A DNA stretch of 60,764 nt from an uncultured Bifidobacteriaceae bacterium (GCA_964619705.1 CAZUGF010000011.1:1-60764), one strand, 5' to 3'. Positions 18,598-28,106 are shown, counted from the first letter of the stretch. The notes: generated by a model from the sequence alone, not told the origin. Numbers and translations are program-made.

Positions 18598-19215
18598 CTT
18601 GGCCTTCTTGGTGGCCATGTACTGGCGCGTGGTGTCCGAGACGGGCATCTCGATCGGGAGCAGTTCGCTGACGAGCAGGCCGTGGCGCTCGACGCCGGCG
18701 CGCTTGCGCGGGTTGTTGGTCAGCAGGCGCATCGAGCGCACGCCGAGGTCCGACAGGATGTGGACGGCCGGCCCGTACTCGCGGAGGTCCGCGTCGAAGC
18801 CGAGCCGCTCGTTGGCTTCCACGGTGTCGAAGCCCTGCTCCTGGAGCGCGTAGGCGCGAATCTTGTTGGCGAGGCCGATGCCGCGGCCTTCCTGGTTCAG
18901 GTACACGATGATGCCGCGTCCCTCGTCGGCCACGCGGGCCATGGCGGTGTGCAGCTGTGCGCCGCAGTCGCACCGGGCCGAGTGGAAGACGTCGCCGGTG
19001 AGGCACGAGGAGTGAATCCGGACCAGCACCTCGGTGCCGTCGCCGACCTCGCCGAGCACGAGGGCGACGTGCGTCTGGCCGTCAGATTCCTGCTCGTAGA
19101 CGTGGATCCGGAAGTCACCGAGGTCCGCAGGCAGGTGGGCCGAGGCAACCCGGCGGACCGGGGGGCCGCCCAATGCGACGCGCACGCGGGAACGAAGTCG
19201 ATCGAAGACAGACAA
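18571..19215 (-). CDS. ribA: GTP cyclohydrolase II
   Basis: Zinc site CLTGDVFHSARCDCG, YLNQEGRGIGLANKIRAYALQ, LRDYG-like LREYG, MRLLTNNPRK. Convergent 27-nt overlap with the phosphatidyltransferase gene. Confidence 0.9.
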   Translation of the reverse strand: MSVFDRLRSRVRVALGGPPVRRVASAHLPADLGDFRIHVYEQESDGQTHVALVLGEVGDGTEVLVRIHSSCLTGDVFHSARCDCGAQLHTAMARVADEGRGIIVYLNQEGRGIGLANKIRAYALQEQGFDTVEANERLGFDADLREYGPAVHILSDLGVRSMRLLTNNPRKRAGVERHGLLVSELLPIEMPVSDTTRQYMATKKAKLGHLLSSV

Positions 19216-19238
19216 CCTGACTGTAAGCGTACTCCATA

Positions 19239-20927
19239 GTGCACGGCACCGTGCAGGTGAGTTACTGTCATGTCGTGCCTTCGTGGAAGCTGCCGGTCCG
19301 CGTCGCTGCGGCGGCCCTGGCCCTCGTCCTCCTCAATTTCTCGCTCACTTTCGGCAACACCTGGCCCACGCCGACCGTCACGTGGCGCAACGAGCTGTCG
19401 GTCGAGCTGGCCGTGCTCGTCCTGATCCTCGCCCTGGCGCATCACCGCGGGCGCGCCTCGCGGTGGCTGCTGGGCGGGATCGCGGCGGTCTGGTCCCTGC
19501 TCGTGGCGGGACACTACGTGGACGTCACCGCGTCCGCGCTGTTCGGGCGCGACATCAACCTGTACTGGGACCTGCGCTACGTGCCGGACGTCTTCGCGCT
19601 CATGGCGCGCGTGGCGCCGACGTGGCTCGTCGCCAGCCTCGGCATCGGGGCCGTCGTGGCGGCGGCGCTCGTCTACATCACCACACGGTGGGCCATCGGC
19701 CGCGTCAGCACCCTCGTCGCCCGGCCGCAGCCTCGACGCGTGGCCGCCGGCATCGCGGTGGCGGCGGTCCTGCTCTTCGCGGGGCTGCGCCTCACGGGGC
19801 AGGCCCAGCCGGCCGTCTACGGGATCCCGGTGACCGAGACGTACGCGAAGCAGGTCTGGCTGGCGGCACGCGCCATCGGCGGCGGGATCGCGCTGCCGGC
19901 CAGCCCCTCGATGGAGTCGGACCTCGAGGCGGCGCGCGGGACCGACGTGATGCTCGTCTTCCTCGAGTCCTACGGCGCGATCACGTACGACCGTCCCGCA
20001 TTTGCCGAGGCGCTGGCGGAGAGCCGCGCGGACCTCGCGGCCGCCGTGGCCGAGACGGGCCGGCAGGTCGTGTCGGCGTTCGTGGAGTCGCCCACCTTCG
20101 GCGGATCCTCCTGGCTGGCGCACATCAGCCTGATGTCGGGCATCGAGGTGCGGGAGCCGGACACGAACGCGCTCCTGATGACCGCGCGCCGGGACACGCT
20201 GGTGACCACGTTCTCGCGCGCGGGGTACCGTACGCTCGCCCTGATGCCGGGCCTCACCAAGCGCTGGCCCGAGGGCGTGTTCTACGGGTTCGACGAGATC
20301 TACGGCGGCGAGCAGCTCGGCTACAAGGGGCCGCCGTTCGGGTGGTTTGCCACGCCGGACCAGTTCACGCTGGCGCGGCTCGATACGATCGCGCCGCCGG
20401 AACCCGGGGCCTCGCGCTTTGTCTTCTTCCCGACGATCAGCACGCACACGCCGTTTCGCCCGACGCCGCCCTACCAGCCGGACTGGGCGCGCGTGCTCAC
20501 GGACCACCCGTACGACGAGGAGGATCTCCAGCGGTCGCTCGCGCAGGAGGTGGACTGGCTGAACATGGGGCCCGCCTACGTCGATGCGATCGCTTACGCC
20601 CATCACTCGCTGGCCGGGTACCTGCGCGCCATCGGCGACCGCGATGTGATCCTCATCGTCATCGGCGATCACCAGCCGCCGTCGCTCGTGACAGGGGAAG
20701 GCGCCCCCTGGGACGTCCCCGTGCACATCATCGCGAGCCGTGAGGCGGTGCTGGATCGGCTGCGGGCGCACGGGTTCCGGTCCGGGCTCGGGCCGGTGCG
20801 GCCGCACCTCGGCCGCATGCACACGCTCCTGCCAATGCTGCTGGAGGCCTTCGGCGGAGACACGGACGCCTCACCGGACGGCGCGCTGCGGCCGGCGGCG
20901 GATCAGGTGTCGAGCTCGAAGCGGTAG
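19239..20927 (+). CDS. Membrane-anchored sulfatase / alkaline-phosphatase superfamily transferase (LtaS/OpgB/EptA-like architecture)
   Basis: Five or so N-terminal TM helices, then a soluble domain with VFLESYG, SPTFGGSSWLAHISLMSG and IGDHQPP (sulfatase-fold metal and nucleophile regions). GTG start at 19239; alternative GTG at 19275. Confidence 0.8.
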   Translation: MHGTVQVSYCHVVPSWKLPVRVAAAALALVLLNFSLTFGNTWPTPTVTWRNELSVELAVLVLILALAHHRGRASRWLLGGIAAVWSLLVAGHYVDVTASALFGRDINLYWDLRYVPDVFALMARVAPTWLVASLGIGAVVAAALVYITTRWAIGRVSTLVARPQPRRVAAGIAVAAVLLFAGLRLTGQAQPAVYGIPVTETYAKQVWLAARAIGGGIALPASPSMESDLEAARGTDVMLVFLESYGAITYDRPAFAEALAESRADLAAAVAETGRQVVSAFVESPTFGGSSWLAHISLMSGIEVREPDTNALLMTARRDTLVTTFSRAGYRTLALMPGLTKRWPEGVFYGFDEIYGGEQLGYKGPPFGWFATPDQFTLARLDTIAPPEPGASRFVFFPTISTHTPFRPTPPYQPDWARVLTDHPYDEEDLQRSLAQEVDWLNMGPAYVDAIAYAHHSLAGYLRAIGDRDVILIVIGDHQPPSLVTGEGAPWDVPVHIIASREAVLDRLRAHGFRSGLGPVRPHLGRMHTLLPMLLEAFGGDTDASPDGALRPAADQVSSSKR

Positions 20928-21616
20928 CCGAGCCCGTAGACCGTGATGATGAACCGCGGGTTGCGCGGGTCGGGCTCGAGCTTCTGGCGGAGCCAGCCGA
21001 CGTGCACGTCCACGGTCCGCGTTTCCGGCGTGGCCTGGTAGCCCCAGACGGCGTCCAGGAGCTGATCGCGGGAGAAGAGCTGGCCGCGATGGCGGACGAA
21101 GAAGCAGAGCAGCTTGAACTCCTGCGCGGCCATCCGCACGGGCACGCCGGCCCGGAGCACGAGGCCGCCGCCGGGGCGGACGCGGACGTCCCCGAACGTG
21201 AACTCCTCCGGTTCCGGTTCGGCGGCGCGTCCACGGCGGAGCAGGGCCTCGACGCGCGCGAGCAGTTCCGCGCACTCGAAGGGCTTCGTCATGTAGTCGT
21301 CGGCGCCGCTCTTGAGGCCGACGATCTTGTCGGCCATGGCGTCGCGGGCCGTGAGCATCAGGACCGCGGTCGACACGCCGTCGCGGCGGAGGTCGCGGCA
21401 GACGTCCACGCCGTCCTTGGCGGGGAGCATCAGGTCCAGGATGACCACGTCGTAGTCCCGTTCGCGGACGAGCTTCTCCGCGGAGACGCCGTTCGATGCG
21501 GTTTCGACGGCGTAGCCTTCGGCCCGCAGGCGATCGGAGAGCGTCTTCCGCAGCCCCGGCTCGTCGTCTACCACGAGGATCTGCCTGACGGTCTCGTCGG
21601 CGCTGACGCTCGTCAC
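20903..21616 (-). CDS. OmpR/PhoB-family response regulator
   Basis: GTG start overlapping the kinase stop (GTGA). ILVVDDEPGL, DVVILDLMLP, winged helix LLCFFVRHRGQLFSRDQLLDAVWG...TVDVHVGWLRQKL...GLGYRF. Confidence 0.85.
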   Translation of the reverse strand: MTSVSADETVRQILVVDDEPGLRKTLSDRLRAEGYAVETASNGVSAEKLVRERDYDVVILDLMLPAKDGVDVCRDLRRDGVSTAVLMLTARDAMADKIVGLKSGADDYMTKPFECAELLARVEALLRRGRAAEPEPEEFTFGDVRVRPGGGLVLRAGVPVRMAAQEFKLLCFFVRHRGQLFSRDQLLDAVWGYQATPETRTVDVHVGWLRQKLEPDPRNPRFIITVYGLGYRFELDT

Positions 21617-23331
21617 GAGGGAGCCACCTCGGCCAGCCGGGCGGCCGCGGCCGGCCGCATGGCCGGCAACTGGAGGGTGAAGCGCGTGCCTGCGGCCTCG
21701 CGGCTCGACACGCGCACGCTGCCGCCGTGCGACCGCACTACCTGCTGCACGATGCTGAGCCCGATGCCGCTGCCGTCGACTTCCATGTCCTTCGCCGCGC
21801 GCCCCCGGTAAAAGGGTTCGAAAACCTTCGCCATCTCCTCGGCCGGAATGCCCGGCCCCTCGTCCTCGACCGCGATCCAGACCTCGCGCGCGGTGCCCGC
21901 GTACCGTTCGCCGACGCTCACCCGGACCGACCGGCCGCCGCCGTGCCGGACCGCGTTGACGATGAGGTTCTTCACGGCCATCCGGAGCGCTTCCCGGTCG
22001 GCGAGGACGGGCGGCAGCGCGGGCTCGACGGCCAGGGCGATCGCGGCCGGCTCGTCGCCGGTCATCATCTGCGCGTCCGACAGCGCCAGGTCGACGACGT
22101 CCGCGACGTTCGTGGGCTGCAGGTCGAGGACGGTATCGGGCCGCGCCTGGAGGCGGCAGCAGAGCAGGATGTCGCTCAGCGTGCGCGTCAGCCGGCGCCC
22201 TTCGCGCATGATCATCTGGCCGTACTGCTGCGTGCCGTCCGGGCCGTCGACCACGTTGTCCGCCAGGTTCTCTCCGGCGCACGTGATGGTGGAGAGCGGC
22301 GTGCGGAGCTCGTGGGAAATTCGCGCGACCAGCTCCAGTTGCTCGCGCGTGGCCTGTTCCACGCGGCGCATCGACGCCACGAGGAGGCCGATGCTCAGGC
22401 CGAGCAGCGCCAGCACGCCGATCCCGATCCCGAAGTTGCGGCGCCGCGCGGCGCCGACGGCCGCTTCCAGTTCACCCGTCCTGGGCTTGATGTAGAGGCG
22501 CCAGCGGTGGGCGGGCGCGTCCGGCCGGAGGCCGTGGGCCGCCGCGGTGTTCAGGTCCCGGTTGTGGATGGCGAACATCGGCACGTAGGTCACCCACGAC
22601 CGGAAGTCACTCCGCGTCAGCCCGGGCCCGCTCTGGTACACGACGTCCTCGAACGGGTCCTCGCGGTGGATGAGGACGTCGTAGTTCACGGGGATGCCGC
22701 CCTCGAGACAGCCGGCCAGCATGGCCGGCAGCAGCTCGTCGAGGATCACCTGCCGGTCGAGTTCGATGGCGGCCCAGCGGCTCGCCGGCTGCGGGGCCAG
22801 CCTCACGACGATGGCCGGCACTTCCTCGAGGATGGTGCGCTGGAGTCCCGCGGGCAGGGCGCTCAGGTCATCGTCCTGGCCGAAGCCGCCGGCGGCGGTG
22901 CCTTCGAGCCAGGCCGGCCATGCGCCGGGCCCGGCCTCGCGACCGTCGGCATCGAGTGCGTGGCTGGTGAAGACGCCGCCGGGGCTGCGCTCGATGATGT
23001 GGACCTGCTTGATGAGCCCGGCCGGCGTCACGGGCCGGATCGCGCGTCCCTCGTGTCCGCCGATCGGCGAGCCCGTCTGGCTGGAGTGGTAGGTCGCGTA
23101 GACGCCGGCAAGCATCGTGTCGAACTGGCTGGAGAAGCGCTGCGCCGCGGCTTCGAGGTTGTCCTTGGCGCGCACCTGCTCGAGGGTGCTCAGTTCGCCG
23201 AGCCACTGGTATTGCAGCAGTGCGAGCGCGGGCAGGAGGAGGGCGATGACGGCCACGAGCACGACCGTCCGATGGCGGCTGTGGGTCCGCACGGCGTGGA
23301 TGGTAACAAGGTCCAGGAGTCTCATGGTCAC
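21613..23331 (-). CDS. Sensor histidine kinase with periplasmic domain
   Basis: Two TM segments, H-box ISHELRTPLS, N-box NLIVNAVRH, G-boxes DEGPGIP and GSGIGLSIV. Start is GTG 23331 or ATG 23325. Confidence 0.9.
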   Translation of the reverse strand: MTMRLLDLVTIHAVRTHSRHRTVVLVAVIALLLPALALLQYQWLGELSTLEQVRAKDNLEAAAQRFSSQFDTMLAGVYATYHSSQTGSPIGGHEGRAIRPVTPAGLIKQVHIIERSPGGVFTSHALDADGREAGPGAWPAWLEGTAAGGFGQDDDLSALPAGLQRTILEEVPAIVVRLAPQPASRWAAIELDRQVILDELLPAMLAGCLEGGIPVNYDVLIHREDPFEDVVYQSGPGLTRSDFRSWVTYVPMFAIHNRDLNTAAAHGLRPDAPAHRWRLYIKPRTGELEAAVGAARRRNFGIGIGVLALLGLSIGLLVASMRRVEQATREQLELVARISHELRTPLSTITCAGENLADNVVDGPDGTQQYGQMIMREGRRLTRTLSDILLCCRLQARPDTVLDLQPTNVADVVDLALSDAQMMTGDEPAAIALAVEPALPPVLADREALRMAVKNLIVNAVRHGGGRSVRVSVGERYAGTAREVWIAVEDEGPGIPAEEMAKVFEPFYRGRAAKDMEVDGSGIGLSIVQQVVRSHGGSVRVSSREAAGTRFTLQLPAMRPAAAARLAEVAPS

Positions 23332-23486
23332 GAGATGTCTCTTTACAACATCTTGACCGATTCTTGTCGAGTTCTTGAAGTTGCGTCACATCCGTGTCTG
23401 ATAGCGTCCGTGCGGCGCTCTCCCACTGCCACGCGGTCGTGGCGATTGCCAGGGACGTGTGAACGACCTGCTTTCACCCAGGAGGA

Positions 23487-26400
23487 TTGATGATTCGGAT
23501 TCTGAAACGTGCCGCCTCGCGGCTCGCACTGGCTGCGTTGCTGGCCGTCATGCTCCCGGCCGGCGCCATGGCGCAATCCTCCCAGGGCGGCCTGCGCGGT
23601 ACCGTGAAGGACGCCCAGGGCGTCATCCCCGGCGTGGCCGTGTCCCTGGTCAACGAGGCCACCACGGTGGCGCGCGAGACCGTGACCAACGCGTCCGGTG
23701 AATACTCGTTTCCTGCCGTGGAGCCCGCGACCTACACGGTCCGCGTGAGCGTGCCCGGCTTCAAGTCCTTCGAGCGCCAGGGCGTGCGGATCAGCACGCA
23801 GCAGTTCGTGGGCCTCGACGTCGTGCTCGAGGTCGGCACGCTCGAGGAGACGATCACCGTCACCGCCGACGCGCCGCTCATCGAGTCCACGAACGCCTCG
23901 GTCGGCGGCGTCATCGATACGAAGATGCTCGAGGCCATCCCGACGGCGGGCCGGAGCGTGTTCCTGATGGCGACGCTCGAGCCCACGGTCCAGGCCAGCG
24001 GCAACGCGCACTGGAACCGCATGCAGGATCAGGTGGGCAACTCCGCCGTGTCGATGGGCGGCGGCCCGGTCCGGTCCAACAACTTCCTGGTCGACGGCTT
24101 CCCGGTCACGGACCTGCAGAACCGCGCCTCGACGAACCCGTCGATGGAAGCGGTGCAGGAGATGAAGGTGCAGGTCCACACCTACGACGCGGAGATGGGC
24201 CGCACCGGCGGCGGCGTCATGAACATGTCGGCACGCTCCGGCGGCAACACGTTCACCGGGTCCGGCTACGCGGTCTTCCGCCCGCAGAAGCTGCAGGACC
24301 AGCTGCTCATCCCGGAGCTGCGCAACCAGGAGTTCGTGCCGGAGTACTGGCGCAACGGCGGCGGCGGGGGCGGCGGCCCCATCGTGCGGAACCGCACGTT
24401 CTTCTGGGTGGCCGGCGAGAAGTACGTCAACAACCAGCCGCAGCAGAACTCGTTCCTGCTGCCCACGATGGCGGAGCGCGGCGGCGACTTCTCGGGCCTG
24501 ACCCGCAACGGCCAGCCGGTGATCATCCGTGACCCGCTGACCGGCGAGGCGTTCCCCGGCAACCGGATTCCCGCGCACCGCATCGACCCGGTGGGGCAGT
24601 CCCTCATCAACGCGTTCCCGACGCCGGACAGCGAAGTGGACAACGGGTCGCCGAACTTCAGCATGACGGACCTGCTGCCGAACAGCGCCTACCAGTTCAC
24701 GACGAAGGTCAACCACACCTTCAACAACGCGATTGCCGTCAGCGGCTTCGTGCTCCGCCAGGTGACGCACGAGGCGAATGCCAACTACAACCCGACGAAC
24801 AAGTACGTCGGCGGCAGCTACCAGCTCGACCGCGTGATCAACACGTTCGTCCTGAACAATACGTACATCCTCAACAACTCCACCGTGCTGACGCTGCGCG
24901 GCGGGTACAACAAGTTCGACGACAACTACAACCTGCCGTACGACTACGACGCGGCGGCGCTCTACAACAATCCCGCCTTCACTAACCAGCTCTCGGACAC
25001 CAACCGGTTCCCCTCGCTGACGATCAACGGCTACAAGAGCGCGGGCTTCACGAACCGGCAGGCGAACGGCTACTACCAGTACGGCGCGAACGGCACGCTG
25101 AGCCGGCTGGCCGGGGCGCACAACATCAAGGTGGGCGGGGACTTCCGCGTCCTCGGACAGAAGTCGCTCAACTACGGCACCTCGACGGGGACCTTCACGT
25201 TCTCGGGGAACTACAGCGGCAACTCCGCAGCGGACCTGCTGCTCGGGTACCCGCAGGCGGGCAACGTGCCGCTCAACACGGAGCTCGACGGGTTCGTCCG
25301 CTACTACGCCGGCTACGCGCAGGACGACTGGCGCGTGAACGACCGGTTCACGCTCAACTACGGCATCCGCGTGGAGCGTGAAACGGGGCTGATGGAGCGG
25401 GACAACCAGTTCACCGTGGACTTCAACCGGGGCGCCGTGAGCCCGCTGAACGACATGGTGAACCTGATCGACCCGGTGACCGGGCAGCGCCGCGACATCA
25501 TGGGCGGCCTGGTCTATGCCGGCGTCAACGGCGCACCGAGCGTGCAGGGCAACCAGCCCGCCGTGAAGATCGCGCCGCGCATCGGCGCGGTCTACAGCTT
25601 CAACGAGAAGACCGTCCTCCGCGGCGGCTGGGGCCTCTACTGGGCGCCCTGGAACTACGCGGCAGCGGGCCTGACCGGCTGGGGCCAGATCGGCTACTCG
25701 GCCACGACCTTCCTGCAGCAGCCGCAGGGCGCCGGCGCCGTGCCGACGACGAGCATCAGCAACCCGTTCCCGAACGGCATCGAGCGGCCGAGCGGCAACC
25801 AGGGCGGCCTGCTGACCGGCACCGGCGGGGACATCTACTTCGTGGACCCGACGAAGGGGGCGCCGCGCGTGCAGCAGTACTCCTTCGACCTGCAGCGCGA
25901 GCTGCCCGGGGCCATGAGCGTCAGCGTGGGCTACACCGGCCTCACGGGCGCGCAGCTCAGCTGGGGCGGGTCGACGAACGCCCTCATCAACATCAACCAG
26001 CTCGATCCCGTGTACCAGGATCTGGTGCCGAACACGCTGGCGCTCGTGCCGAACCCGTTCCGCGGCGTGGCCGCGGCGGGTGCGTTCGCCAATCGCGAGA
26101 CGATCGAGGTGGGACGCCTGCTGCGCCCGTACCCGCAGTTCGACAACGTCTACATGCAGCAGTCCACCGGCGCCCGGTCCCAGTACCACGCGGCCGTCGT
26201 CCAGCTCCGCAAGCGGGTCGTCGGCTTCTGGGGCGGCAACTTCAGCTACACCTGGAGCCGGCTGAACGACAACCAGTTCGGCCAGGACAACTACTACTCG
26301 AGCTCGCCCGGGCTGCAGAACAACTACACGGTGGTCCCCGACTCGCCGTACTTCAACCCGGACCAGGAGTACGGCCGGAGCCTCCTCGACACGCCGCACA

Positions 26401-26969
26401 AGATCGTCCTCGCGCCGACCGTGCTGCTGCCGTTCGGCGAGGGACGGCCCTTCCTGTCCTCCAGCGTGTGGGGGGACCGCCTCCTGGGCGGCTGGTCCAT
26501 CACGCCGGTGATGACGTTCAACAGCGGGTTCCCGATCGGCGTCAGCCAGAACCTGACGACGACGGCGTTCCTGTTCGGCGGCACGCCGCGTCCGAACATC
26601 GTGCCCGGCCAGGACTTCCTGGTGCCCGGCGACATCACCGATCGCATCCGCCAGAACGTGGGCGACAACCTCTACCTGAACAAGAATGCCTTCGCGACGG
26701 CGCCGGCCAACCAGTTCGGCAACGCCCCCCGCACGCTGCCCGGCGTCTACTCGCCGTGGCGCAACAACGTGGACCTGTCCATCCAGAAGAACGTCCGGAC
26801 GGGTGGGCGGACCTCGGCACAGCTCAAGGTCGAGGTGATCAACCTGCTGAACCTCGTGCAGTGGGCGGCGCCCGCCAGCGGCGCGTTCAACAACGCGTCG
26901 TTCGGGCAGATCACGAACCAGGCGAACAACATGCGCGTCGTGCAGTTCATGGCCCGGTTCCAGTTCTGA
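23487..26969 (+). CDS. TonB-dependent receptor with carboxypeptidase-regulatory-like N-terminal domain
   Basis: GGAGG Shine-Dalgarno, signal peptide ...PAGAMAQ, GLRGTVKDAQGVIPGVAVSLVNEAT...TNASGEYSFPAVEPATYTV, plug region, beta-barrel, C-terminal ...FMARFQF. Confidence 0.9.
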   Translation: MMIRILKRAASRLALAALLAVMLPAGAMAQSSQGGLRGTVKDAQGVIPGVAVSLVNEATTVARETVTNASGEYSFPAVEPATYTVRVSVPGFKSFERQGVRISTQQFVGLDVVLEVGTLEETITVTADAPLIESTNASVGGVIDTKMLEAIPTAGRSVFLMATLEPTVQASGNAHWNRMQDQVGNSAVSMGGGPVRSNNFLVDGFPVTDLQNRASTNPSMEAVQEMKVQVHTYDAEMGRTGGGVMNMSARSGGNTFTGSGYAVFRPQKLQDQLLIPELRNQEFVPEYWRNGGGGGGGPIVRNRTFFWVAGEKYVNNQPQQNSFLLPTMAERGGDFSGLTRNGQPVIIRDPLTGEAFPGNRIPAHRIDPVGQSLINAFPTPDSEVDNGSPNFSMTDLLPNSAYQFTTKVNHTFNNAIAVSGFVLRQVTHEANANYNPTNKYVGGSYQLDRVINTFVLNNTYILNNSTVLTLRGGYNKFDDNYNLPYDYDAAALYNNPAFTNQLSDTNRFPSLTINGYKSAGFTNRQANGYYQYGANGTLSRLAGAHNIKVGGDFRVLGQKSLNYGTSTGTFTFSGNYSGNSAADLLLGYPQAGNVPLNTELDGFVRYYAGYAQDDWRVNDRFTLNYGIRVERETGLMERDNQFTVDFNRGAVSPLNDMVNLIDPVTGQRRDIMGGLVYAGVNGAPSVQGNQPAVKIAPRIGAVYSFNEKTVLRGGWGLYWAPWNYAAAGLTGWGQIGYSATTFLQQPQGAGAVPTTSISNPFPNGIERPSGNQGGLLTGTGGDIYFVDPTKGAPRVQQYSFDLQRELPGAMSVSVGYTGLTGAQLSWGGSTNALININQLDPVYQDLVPNTLALVPNPFRGVAAAGAFANRETIEVGRLLRPYPQFDNVYMQQSTGARSQYHAAVVQLRKRVVGFWGGNFSYTWSRLNDNQFGQDNYYSSSPGLQNNYTVVPDSPYFNPDQEYGRSLLDTPHKIVLAPTVLLPFGEGRPFLSSSVWGDRLLGGWSITPVMTFNSGFPIGVSQNLTTTAFLFGGTPRPNIVPGQDFLVPGDITDRIRQNVGDNLYLNKNAFATAPANQFGNAPRTLPGVYSPWRNNVDLSIQKNVRTGGRTSAQLKVEVINLLNLVQWAAPASGAFNNASFGQITNQANNMRVVQFMARFQF

Positions 26970-26975
26970 TGAAGC

Positions 26976-27010
26976 GGGGTCAGATCTTGAATCACTCAAG
27001 GTCTGACCCC
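26976..27010 (+). terminator. Hairpin after the TonB receptor gene (15-bp stem, 1 mismatch, 5-nt loop), no U-tract
   Basis: GGGGTCAGATCTTGA-ATCAC-TCAAGGTCTGACCCC, 7 nt after the stop codon. Confidence 0.45.
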
Positions 27011-27104
27011 GAACGCTTCCCCGGGGAACCCATCAGGACCTGACCCCGAGGGCCCCGCAAAACAGGATCTGATCCGCCGGCATCCAAGGGGAAAGAGGCC
27101 CTTC

Positions 27105-28010
27105 ATGTCCATCAGACCTGTCCGCCAGATCCTCGAGTCCCAGCCCACCATGGAGGGCGCCGGCGTGCACCTGCGCCGGGCCTTCGGCTTCGGCAAGACC
27201 CAGGACTTCGATCCGTTTCTGCTCTTCGATGACTTCCGGAACGACAACCCCGACGCGTACCGTGCCGGCTTTCCGTGGCACCCGCACCGCGGGATCGAGA
27301 CCATCACCTACGTGCTGGCCGGCACCGTCGACCACGGCGACAGCCTCGGCAACGAGGGCACGCTCGGCGCCGGCGACGTGCAGTGGATGACCGCCGGGAG
27401 CGGCATCATCCACCAGGAGATGCCCCGCGGCGACGCCGGCGGGCGGATGCACGGCTTCCAGCTCTGGGCGAACCTGCCGCGTGCGCTCAAGATGACCGCG
27501 CCCCGCTACCAGGACATCAAGGCCGGCGACGTGCCGACGGTGACCGACGACGACGGGACGCACGTGCGCGTGATCATCGGCTCGTTCTGGGGACAGACGG
27601 GCCCGGTGGAGGGCATTGCCGCGGACCCGCGCTACCTGGACGTCTCCGTGCCCCCGGGACGCCGGAAGACGCTGCCGGTCGAGCTCGGACGGAACGCGTT
27701 CGCGTACGTGTTTGCCGGCTCGGGGACGTTCCGGGATGCCTCGGGCCCGCGCAAGGTCGCGACCGAACTGGTCGGGCAGGGCGAGACGCCCGTGCTCACC
27801 GACGTCGGCAACCGCTCACTGGTGCTGTTCGATCAGGGTGACGAGGTGACCGTGCAGGCAGGGGAGGAGGGCATCCGGTTCCTGCTCGTCTCCGGCCGGC
27901 CCATCGAGGAACCCGTCGCGTGGTACGGGCCCGTCGTCATGAACACGGAGGAGGAGCTGCGTCAGGCCTTCGCCGAGATTCGCGAGGGAACCTTCATCAG
28001 GAACACGTAG
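27105..28010 (+). CDS. Pirin family protein (bicupin, quercetin 2,3-dioxygenase-like)
   Basis: GFPWHPHRGIETITYVL.G...H.DS.GN, WMTAGSGIIHQEMP. Confidence 0.9.
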   Translation: MSIRPVRQILESQPTMEGAGVHLRRAFGFGKTQDFDPFLLFDDFRNDNPDAYRAGFPWHPHRGIETITYVLAGTVDHGDSLGNEGTLGAGDVQWMTAGSGIIHQEMPRGDAGGRMHGFQLWANLPRALKMTAPRYQDIKAGDVPTVTDDDGTHVRVIIGSFWGQTGPVEGIAADPRYLDVSVPPGRRKTLPVELGRNAFAYVFAGSGTFRDASGPRKVATELVGQGETPVLTDVGNRSLVLFDQGDEVTVQAGEEGIRFLLVSGRPIEEPVAWYGPVVMNTEEELRQAFAEIREGTFIRNT

Positions 28011-28070
28011 CGGTGGTGACGCTGGCCCGGCCCTGCCCGGGCAGACGGCCGCGTGCGCGGGAGCCACGCA

Positions 28071-28098
28071 GCGAAGCCGGGCGGAACCCCGGCTTCGC
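28071..28098. terminator. GC-rich hairpin between convergent pirin and osmC genes (possible bidirectional terminator)
   Basis: GCGAAGCCGGG-CGGAAC-CCCGGCTTCGC: 11-bp perfect stem. Confidence 0.5.
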
Positions 28099-28106
28099 CG
28101 CAGCCC

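Noticed and set aside
19216-19238. Only 23 bp between the divergent GTP cyclohydrolase II and sulfatase-like gene starts, read as evidence of a mis-assembly
   Set aside because: It is more simply explained by an over-extended start call for the sulfatase-like gene. An in-frame GTG at 19275 precedes the first TM helix.
23343-26999. 1218-aa minus-strand ORF
   Set aside because: Antisense to the TonB-dependent receptor, which has a Shine-Dalgarno, a signal peptide, and plug, barrel and terminal Phe features. The translation is an Arg/Val/Ala/Asp-rich shadow.
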